Shown here piece by piece: positions 25,552 through 35,924 of a DNA stretch of 64,000 nt. The notes beneath the pieces are model-generated. The model made no database searches and was not told the DNA's origin. It saw only the letters and a list, made by a program, of their open reading frames with translations. Within the stretch, counting starts at the first letter, position 1. Each line of letters opens with the position of its first letter. A program made the position numbers and the translations under genes. This stretch comes from Chlorokybus atmophyticus (taxonomy: Eukaryota > Plantae > Mesostigma and Chlorokybus algae): NCBI GenBank assembly GCA_009103225.1, contig RHPI01002615.1, positions 256,328 through 320,327 of the forward strand, given 5' to 3'.

Positions 25552-28500
25552 GTGCCATTTTAATGGTGTGTGTTGTTTGTGCGGAACACGAGTGCCACAT
25601 GAGTGGGCATAGAGTACATGCACAAATTACAAGCGCTGCATTATGTTGCAGTATTCCTCTCCAAGGCTCCTCCCTCCTCTGCTCTCTATACAGCAGGTGG
25701 GGGACACGCTAGGCTACTCAATTGCCATTGCAGCTCTCCCATGCGTGGCTGTTGTGGCGTCTTGCATTGCATATAGCCCCTCCTTAGCTTGAAGTTTTTT
25801 TAACAACTTTATTGTGAGAGACTCTCAATTAAAAGACTCTCAATTACAATGACACATGACTGTTAAGCTATGTACCAGCATCCATGCCTATCAATGCCAC
25901 CAGCAACATACTTACATACAACCACACCATCTCAAGTCACATACGCCGTCGCTGCTAGCAGAACGACGGCGCTGTCGCCCTTAGCCACCATTGTGTTCAA
26001 TCATGGTAAGTGTAAGTTGTGTGGGAGTTTGTGCATGCGCATGCCGCTGCGCTCTGCAGGTTGTGAGTTTGCTGCCTTCAAGGTAAGCGCGCAAGTTGCC
26101 CGCTTACCCCTGCATGCTGCCTCAAGTTGAAGGTCTAGGTCTCGTTTCGTTGAAGGGGTAGTCTAAGTTTACGTTGTTGGTGTGAAAGCTCTGTCTTAGC
26201 CCTTGCTTGATTGATTGATGTTATGTTGGTTGCTGCACTTCGTGCAACCATGTGGGAAGTTAAGTGCACTTGGTGTGTAAGGCTGACCGCTCAGGGCCGG
26301 ACCTTTTTACATCAACTTAGCTAGTCAATGCAACCGAGCACTAGCATACATGTGCATACACTATCAGTCATGCGATGGTGTATGCAGTACAGCTTTGCTC
26401 AGTCTCTAAGCGGAACCGTCACAGCAGGGGATGTCCTCGTCTTTCTCTTTAGAGCAGGCTCGCTAAAGGCACACCTGTAAAGAAGGCTGCCCTCCTGTCT
26501 TCCTTCGCACACCGCTCCCAACCCAGCTCACAACCTACCCAACATACAGCAGGGGGAAGGCCCCCGCACGTATACCGCCAAGCACCCCTCACACAGTAGT
26601 GAGCATGTAGAGTCCCACACTTGTGATTATCTGCACACTGCCATCCATCTCCTTATATCCTCCTATCTGCTGCCCTCCCACTTAACCACATGTTGACAGC
26701 AAGGGTGCACCTTATTAGCCAGCTGGCTAAGTGCCCTCTTTACCACACGTGCTGACCTTAGTCATATGCTTCGCCACTTTACGCTATGAAGCTAACAGTC
26801 ACACGCATAACTTGACTGCTCAGTGCCTGCTTGTCTCAGCAGAGCACCCTTACATGGATGGTACCAACGCGGGGTTGTCCTCACATGAGGCAACAGAGCA
26901 TGTCACATCACATCATGTGACTGCGTACTGATTGGCCCTATGCTGTGCTCCTCTCTGCACTTGTATAATTCTTGCCTAAGGCCGTTGGGCTCAGAGCCAG
27001 GTTGCAAACCGCCACCTAGCATGCATTGTACTCACACTCAGATGAGAAAGACACCTACAACCTTGCTGTCAAGCTGTATTATACCAAGCAGTGTCGTGAG
27101 CACGAGTAAAGCCTTGCTTCTTGGGCGTGACAAGGTGAACGACATGCTAGCTGAGCGCTCCTGTTCTGAGCATACGCGATGAGGTAGTGTGCGAGTGGTT
27201 GTAACATTCTGGTGCCTCATCTACCATGTGATTTATACTACACTTGATTGCACTTGTGTGTTGATACATATGGCTCCGCTTTCGGCTTGAGCTTGCTTTT
27301 GAAGCAGCTCTTATGCGTGTTATGTGCGGGTGTTGCATGCCATTAAGTTGGGTGCTGCTCTGCGCGTTGGTATGTTTGTGTGCACGCATGTGCGAACATG
27401 CACTTATGACATGCTGTGTTCGTGCGTGTGTTGTGTGTATGTGCATAATGTTAAGAACCGGTCATAGACTTTATGATTTGGGGGGACCTTTTTGTTACAA
27501 CATGCCATTGCAAAGTGACTAACGCATTTTTGTGTGACACCAGAGTGTTAAACACAGAGTGCTGTTCCACTCATATGCATATGTTTTATAAATCAAGGAG
27601 CATGAGTGGAACTGAAGTGCACGCCGCATGACTCTACACAAGAATGCATGGCATATATGTCATGCAAAAATTTACATATGAAACATTGTCACATTTGCAC
27701 GTACACATGGTCCTTGACAAGCGCTCACAACATTGCATTCCAGTGTAAAGCCAATTGTTGCAATTAATGACCTAGCTTTGCGTAATAAACCCTTAAATTA
27801 GTAGAGTTATTTGCATATACAGTTGCAATATATTACTGTCGACGTGATATCAACAAATCGCGCGATGAGATACTGAATTGCATGCATTACGCTAACTATT
27901 CGGCAAGTAATATACATGGTTAGTCACCAACTCATCGTTGAAATGATAAGTAGGTAAGTGGTCATCAGTCACGGTTCTTTACACAGTTTGTATGGGCAAC
28001 CACGACTGGAACGATCCAATGGCTCGTATTTTGCTTTTCAATGTCAACATTGTCGTATTGAGCAGAGCACGTGTAATTGACTTTGATGACTTTATCACAT
28101 CCGCTTTTGCGCTTACACTCGGAATGTGCTTGATATTTATTGATGATAAGTTATTAATGATCAGCCAAAGAGTTCGCAAATGTACAACACACGTATAATG
28201 ATTACAACATCTGCATAGAATTTACAATGGTTGTGTAAACAATGGTGTCACAAAGTTGATAACAGGGTGCATAAACCATCAGCTTGAACTGCACTGAGGC
28301 TGAAGTGCCGGCAATTGCAAACAGCATAGATGAGTCATCTATACTGTTTGCAATATGGGTCATCTTTAGATGACCCTGCCTGGGTTTGAAACTCCACCGC
28401 TCTAGTCTCATGCTGGCCTCATGTCCAAGCATCCCAGCAATCCCCAGCAAGATTGCGAACTGTCGATACACGTCCGTCGTCCACCCAAGTCTGCTTCTGG

Positions 28501-29076
28501 CTGGCCGCAAAACCGCGAACGCCGACAGTAGCCTGCCGTGACAGCAGTGCTGTACCGTCGATACAGCCCATGACACGACTTTACATGTGGATCGCAATGG
28601 ATCCGCCAACACGGTTACGGCAAAACCTTCATAAAATCAAGGTTAGACGATTCCCGTCAGTCTGACGACAATGGCTGCAGCGGTCTAACTGACATGCATG
28701 CAGGATCACTGCAAGCGAAAGTTGAATGGTGACTTTGAGCTCCTACTTGATTGGGATAGATACCTTTGGATTCCAGTCTGCTGGCTGGGATCCTCGACCG
28801 GGAAGAGTATCTGCTCGATATCAGTGCCAGCTGGAGGCTAAAAACGCGAGGATTTGGAATGGATATCTGTTTGCGGGCTGACCGAGAAGAGCGGTGCAAT
28901 TTAATCGTGCCATGTGGCATCATAATGGCAGCCAGCGCAAGCAAGCTTTTTGCATTGCACTCACGCATAGCACCTGGTGGCAAAGAGTGGCGGGAGCTGC
29001 GGCGGCGGTGTTGTTGGGGTGCTTGTGCGGGTGTGTGGGACCGTTTGATTTGTGAATTGAGGTGTAGAGGCGTGCT

Positions 29077-30521
29077 ATGGCTGCTGCGGTGTCCCGGGCG
29101 GCTGTGTTGCTGCGGCCTGTTGTGCAGAAGTCTAGCACAAGGCCCAGGCTGCAAGCGAAGAATGCGCGAGGCGTTGTGATGACCGCTGCTGCTGAGAAAC
29201 CTGCGCCTTCTGTTGTTGTGCCCAAGAAGAGATTGCTGCCTGCTCCCGGCGTGTTGAAGGCTGTCTGCCTCGATATTGATGGCACTCTGGCCAATAGCGA
29301 CCCCCTGCACTACCAGGCTTTCCGGGAGATGCTGGTTGAGCTGAAGTGGAATGACGGACAGCCCATCAGCGAGGAGTTCTTTCTGCAGCGCATTTCGGGT
29401 GGCGAAAATGAAGAGATCTTTGAGTTCCTCTTCCCGGACTGGGAGCCGGAGCGCCGCACTGCCCTTGCTGGTCAGTTGCCATGCCTTCGCTATGTTGCAC
29501 GAGCAAGTTGATGCATGTATTGCTCAGTTTGCATACTGGCTACTTGATCATACTGGCTGCTTGGCATGCGATGTGCTATGCACCTTGCGATCGCAATGCA
29601 GTTGGACACCTGGTTTGGATTGTTTCTTGGCATACTGCTGAGGTTAGCGCAATTGCACCGCCACAGCATGCAATGCAATGCATGGCCCAGGCCTAGCGCC
29701 TGCTCAGATTGTACTGGCTGCTTTACATTGGCATGCATCGAGCTATGCATCTTGCCTCTGCATTTCAGCTGGCGGTTGGCACATTTCTGTGGCATATTGC
29801 TGAATTGAGCAGCTGAACAGTTACAGCGACGCTCACGCATGTACTTGTTACAATGTGTGCACAGTCACCAAGGAGGGGAAGTTCAGGGAGGTAGCGCGTA
29901 GGGAGCTAAAGCCCACTGTTGGTCTCCACCGGTTTGCTGAATGGATTGAAAAGAAGGGTCTGCGGCGCGCTGCTGTCTCCAATGCGCCACGACCAAATGC
30001 AGAGCTCATGCTGGACATCATTGGTCTCAAGGACTTCTTTGAGCTGAGTAAGTATTACACAACACCAGCGTGTGGTGCAAGGAGTTGACAGCACGTGATA
30101 TTGCGAGCAACAATAGAGCATCTGGCCGAAGTTGCAAGCTTGCAGCTGACTTACTTGGTTGGAAATGTGCAGTCATCATTGGAGAAGAATGTGAGCGCGC
30201 AAAGCCATTCCCTGACCCATACTTGAAGGCCCTGAAGGAATTCGGCGTGTCACCTTCAGAAGCATTTGCTGTTGAGGTGATAATTGCTGCTACCATGTAT
30301 TGAGTTGAATACACAAGCTGTTGGCTAGTTGAACCGTTCTGATTATGCCCGGGACACCATTGCAGGATTCTTTGGCTGGTCTTGGTGCTGCCGTTGCTGC
30401 CAAGTTGCCTGTGATAGGCATTGCGACCGTGCAGAAGCCGGAGAAGCTGTCGGCTGTTGGAGCCACGTTTACCATCACTGATTTCAACGACCCTGCCTTG
30501 TGGGAGCAGTTGGAGGACTGA
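29077..30521 (+). CDS. HAD-superfamily sugar phosphatase (SGPP/CbbY-like), probably organelle-targeted
   Basis: Motif I AVCLDIDGTLANSDPLH, motif II AAVSNAPRPNAE, ERAKPFPDPYLKAL, AFAVE-DSLAGLGAAVAA. It has four exons and an Ala/Arg/Ser-rich N-terminal extension. Confidence 0.9.
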
Positions 30522-32029
30522 GTGTGCTTGACGGATGCTAGTTACCTGTACACTACTGTGCCCAAACGGTTGGCGTCGATGGCTGTTTAGCTGCACTTTG
30601 GGTGATGCAAATCGCTGCAGACATTTGGCAGCGACATCTGGTAATGATTGTTCGCCTGCACATTGGATAGTCCAGAGTGTAGCGTGTCACTCTAAACATT
30701 GTAACTGTTATAGGTTGTATGTGTATATTGGCTGTAGAATTGAGCCACATTGAGCTACTCGCGGTGCGCACCTTCTTATGGATGTGTCCAATGGCATGAT
30801 GGCAATGATTAAGATTGCACAACTTTTGCGCCTACCGTGGATGTATGCTGGTGCTGTGTCAAACGTCTTGTGTGTCTGCATGCTTCGGTCGGCATTATTT
30901 GATCTATGTCAATTATCAATTGGACGACCAACACAGAGTTCGTTGGATCTGCTGATGCTGCTGCTGCCTCGACGATTGGGCCGCTAACCAATGGCAGTGG
31001 TGCAGGTGATACTGCGTGCATAGGCACAGACTGTTGCATAGACAAGCAATGTGACCAATAGCAGCAAGCAACACGATCTACGACAAGCACAACCAGCAAG
31101 CTAGCTAGCAGCGGCAGCAAACAGCCCCAGTTAGCACAAAGCATAGCAGGCAGCAGCAAGTACAACTGGACACTGTAGCCGCCTCATGTGCATGCAGGCT
31201 TGTCTAACAGGGTTTGGGCTAGTAATGAAGTCAGGCAGGTAGTGCATAGGTGGAACAACCAGTGGTGAATGCAAGTGTTGCGTGCTGTTGTGTGGGGTTG
31301 GCGTTGCAAACCTTGCACTCTCATGCATGCCACAATCCCTGCATCCTATGTATTGTACATTTTACCAATATATATTAGCTGCCAACAATGGAGTATAACT
31401 TGATGGTCATAGTACGTTTGAAGGTTCGCTGCTAGTATTGCTATCAGTCAGTGCCATGTACACACAGAGGGTATAGCAGTGCAAACACATATAACATTTC
31501 TAACCCATTCACTGTCAAGCAAGCAAGCGCACACTCAGCAAGCACGTACTACAACTCAACAACCTATCAAGCTAAGGGGGCTGAGCTATGTGCACAGTGC
31601 ATGACGGGCGATGTAGCGTCCAGCAGTAGCAGCAATAGTACCTTCAGGCGCAAGAGGTGCAGGGCGAGAAAGAGGACATGTGCTGCAACTATAGCAACAT
31701 ACCGTCCAACCCGCTAAGAAACTTCAATCCCAGAGAATAACCCCGTTACCAGCATAGAAATGAGATTATCAAACAGAATGCAAGAAATAATGGTGCTTAA
31801 GAGAATATGCATGATCGTGAACAGCGTACTTTAATTTCATGCAAACCTTGCAAGACTCCATAAGCGACCTAAGGTCGGCGGGGGAGTGTGTGACGGATAT
31901 GTCAAAGTCCTACAGTGTTGAGCCCAAGTAAGTTATTACAAATGGACAATTCAAATGTACAAATGTTTTACAGCGTGTGTGTTGCGTGTGTTGAGGGCGG
32001 TGGGGCGGTTGGGCGGTGTGTATGTTTGG

Positions 32030-32234
32030 NNNNNNNNNNNNNNNNNNNNNNNNNNNNNNNNNNNNNNNNNNNNNNNNNNNNNNNNNNNNNNNNNNNNNNN
32101 NNNNNNNNNNNNNNNNNNNNNNNNNNNNNNNNNNNNNNNNNNNNNNNNNNNNNNNNNNNNNNNNNNNNNNNNNNNNNNNNNNNNNNNNNNNNNNNNNNNN
32201 NNNNNNNNNNNNNNNNNNNNNNNNNNNNNNNNNN
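32030..32234. other. Assembly gap (N run)
   Basis: 205 Ns. Confidence 1.
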
Positions 32235-34330
32235 GGCCTGTGACAAAATTATTTTCCATCGCAATAACTTCTTGCAGTGCATATGCAATTGCAAGCACTT
32301 ATAACGTATTATAATATTACAATCGTGCAATTGTTAATCAGTCCTTCCATAACCGAATTGATTGATTGGCATCGATAAAGTTATTGACGTCAGTGTATGT
32401 GCGCATCAACCATTTTGTTTAAAGTCCCCACTTCTCATGCAGTCTTCTCTTGCATTGACCAGAAATTTACCCGTTGCAAAGATTGTGGACCCGAGATTAC
32501 AAGGGGGAGGGGGGGGGGGGAGGGGAGCAAATACGATTGGTATGATATAAGATGTATACAATATATAGGTCATAAATCATATTCATTGAGTGTGAAACCC
32601 GCGAGACACATTCACTCTAGTGCTTAACTTATACAAAGGAGGGTTGGAGACACATCTGCTAGCTTCCAGCTTCCAGCCAGGCTTTCGGCTTCAGCATGCA
32701 CTGGTCGTGCTGCCATGACGCATGTCCTCTCTTTTCCTTTTCCTGCGTCCCCACTACCTCGGCAAGTGCCTTGTAGCTCTGGTTGTCGGTGGTAACCACT
32801 GAATTGGGGTAGCGCATGAGCGGATAAAGGGTCCAAGGTATTCCCAAATAATCGGTGTAAACTTAACGTGCTTAGAAGAGCAACGTCGCCAAGTTGGTTC
32901 ATTTCAAATATAGCACAAGTTGTGGCATGGATTGTGCTCTTTCGCACAAGCCCATGGACGATGCGGACTCCGCGAGGTGATAGCGTGCACTCATCGGGAT
33001 GTTATGACCATAAATCATGCTTGATACAATGAGAAATCCATCTTTCATCATGCAGCGTTTGTCTGCAAAACGCTTAGTGATTTGATCTTGCAAATAAATG
33101 TAAAACGGGTTATCACCCGTTTTGTTGACAATCTTGTCAACAAACAAGTTCCTTCAAAAACGCGGGGGCAGCAATGACCCTGAGGTCTTGGTCAGGACCT
33201 CAGGGTACGGCACCACAGTTTGCGCAGCATGCGTCCACTCGCCCAGCCGCTCAAGTGCCTGTCTCTGTCTCTGTCTGTTTGGCATGGCAGCTATCGCACT
33301 GGCCATTGGCGCGTGCGCGTTGCGTCGTCGTCGCAGGCGTCAGGCCTGGCGACGACTAGCCGGGCTGATGCCTGGCTCATGAAAAGCGTTTGAGAGGAGG
33401 GGTTTGCTTTCGTCCCTTACCAGCAAGGCTTTTATGCCTGCCTGCATGCATGCCAGTGCGTGCATGCAGGCATGATGAAAGTGCAAGGGCTTTTGAAGTT
33501 CGTGACAGGCTGGCGGAAGGCGCCGGAGCTTTTGAAAGGTAGGGCTTGTGCATGGTTTCCGTGGCGTCCGTCCTGCTGGTAAGCATTGTCTCCAACCTCA
33601 GTGTTTGAGCGACGGGAAACACGTAGCCAGCAATGAGTCCTTGTTGTGCAGATTGATAAGGCGGAAGCTTTGTGACAGGAGGGGTGTGCTTGCAATTGCC
33701 TCTGGGGCTGCAGCTGTGCTTGGCAAAACCGGCAAGACAAGTGCACAAGGTGAGTGTGCTGCATGCCTACCCTACCCCTGCTCTTGAGCTTGAAAATCAA
33801 ACACAACATCACAGTGTTGTGAGGGCAAAACCTTTGAGATCTAGCACAATGGTAGAACGATCACACTGTTGACTACTTGTTAGTGCATGCAACCATACAA
33901 ACGAAGGAAGTCTCTACGTCAGCGCTTCTGCCGTTGCGATTGTGACGATCTGTCTTTTGCGTTTCACAGGGGTTGTTGTTGGCTTGGCCCTGCGTGCCGG
34001 CAATCAGAAAACATAACAATCACCGAGGGCTCAACCCAAGCTGACCGCATGCGAGAGACAGAGCTCAGCTCTTTACTTTAACTCTGCAGCTGAGGGGATC
34101 CCCTCGGAGGTAAAAGGAGAGACGCTTTGCGTGGATGCTTATGCTGACAACGCACCAATGCTGTGGTTGTAGGTAAACAACTTCATGCTCAACAAGGCGC
34201 AGTGTCCCGCATGATGCTCATGTCAAGATCATCATCTAATTCTCTCTCCAAAACCTCTGAAAGTCCTCTGATCTTCTATCTGTCGGTTGGCTTGCCTTTT
34301 CCAGATCCAACTCACAAGCAAACCAGCACC

Positions 34331-35519
34331 ATGGACTACGGCCACGACGTGTACAACCACCACGACAATGCTGCCTCTCCCTCCATGACTCGTCAACGCC
34401 ACAGCCCCCCTCGCAGCCCTGAGGATCCACTCGAACCCCCCCACCCACAACAACCCCTACCCCAACATGACCCCTCCCCATCCCACCTGGACCGCGCCTG
34501 GACCCTCCACCCTTACGTCCACAAGCACGGCGTGTCTCCGACGGCGGAGCCGGAGGGCGACGAGAGCATGTGCCGCTGCTGCGGACACGAGTTCACCAAC
34601 CCGCTGGAGGACCCGAGGACGGATGAGATGTGCGGGGAGTTCACAATGCACGGTGAGGGGAGAGAGAGTGTGTGTGTGTGTGTGTGTGGGTGGGTGGGTG
34701 GGGTACTTGTGTCTGTGTTGGTGCGTGCGCGCGCACACTTGTGACACGCGCACGCGCACGCGCACGCGCACATGTGTGTACACGCACACCCGTGCGTATG
34801 CACATGCGCGTGTGCATGTATTTCTGTTTGTCTCTCACAGACTGACTTCGCATACATCATCACAACACTCACTCACGTTGGGACTCTCTCCCAGCCTTGC
34901 CTCGTGCGATGCGTATCGAAACAAGCCACCTGCGTCGCTGCCTGTGGCTCCTGGTGTTCCTTGCGGGCGCGGGCGGGTTCCTCGCGCTGGGCATCCTCCA
35001 GATTGAGAGTTACCTCAAGTTCAACACCAACATCAACGTCAACATCAACGACGTGTCGCAACAAGGGGGAGGACTGGAGTTCCCGTCGGTACGCGTGTAT
35101 TGTGTGTTGTTGTTGTGTTCGCACACCTGGCATATACGCACGCATGCGCACGCGCACGCACGCACACACGTGTATGTGGGCAGTGATTGCTATATGACAC
35201 AACCCACACTTACCACACCTTTTTTCTGTGAGCTTGCTTTCCTTTGCAGATCACTATTTGGAACGTCAACACTGTGAGGTGCGCACTTGTGTGTGTGTGC
35301 GCGCGTGCGTGCTGCGAATCCAACATGTACCGTACACAACAACGACAATAACAACAACAACTACTATACAGGAAGTCGACTGTGGTCGACACGCCTTACT
35401 TCGACGAGGTGTGTAGCATAGAGGCGGGTATCTTCGCCGACCGCAATGAGGGATTCCAACCGTACCCACTCAACTGGACGGACGATATGATATTCAGCGC
35501 AGCACATCAGTTCGAGAGG

Positions 35520-35557
<38 letters not shown>

Positions 35558-35867
35558 TGATGATTGTTGTTGATGTTGTTCTTGTTGTGTAGCGCGCTGG
35601 TGGGTTGCACCTTCAACGGCGCAAACTGTTCGACGGCTGACTTCTTCACCAGCCTGACGCCTTTCCCGTACGCACGCAGTGCTTTATGTTGACTTTGCAC
35701 ATGTGTGTGTGCACGTACGCGCATGTGTGCATGCGTGTGTGCACGCGTGCGGGTGCGAGATGTGCGAAGAGCATCCTGCACTGCATTGAGATGTGTGCGT
35801 GAGACACGCACACATAAACATCGCTGCTGTATGTCCTATAGTTGGCACCTTTACTGTTAGCCACTGA

Positions 35868-35924
<57 letters not shown>

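Noticed and set aside
25700-27950. Short ORFs and a 13-bp imperfect hairpin (26082-26108) between LHCB5 and the HAD gene
   Set aside because: No recognisable domain, exon chain or element boundaries.
28202-28612. ORF segment LKMTHIANSIDDSSMLF resembling a reverse-transcriptase YADD region
   Set aside because: That stretch is the translation of the 20-bp DNA palindrome, and no other RT motifs are in register.
33174-34160. Possible small gene or upstream coding exons before the DEG/ENaC ATG
   Set aside because: Splice-like sites exist but no join gives a convincing protein. It may be 5' UTR and cannot be supported without RNA data.
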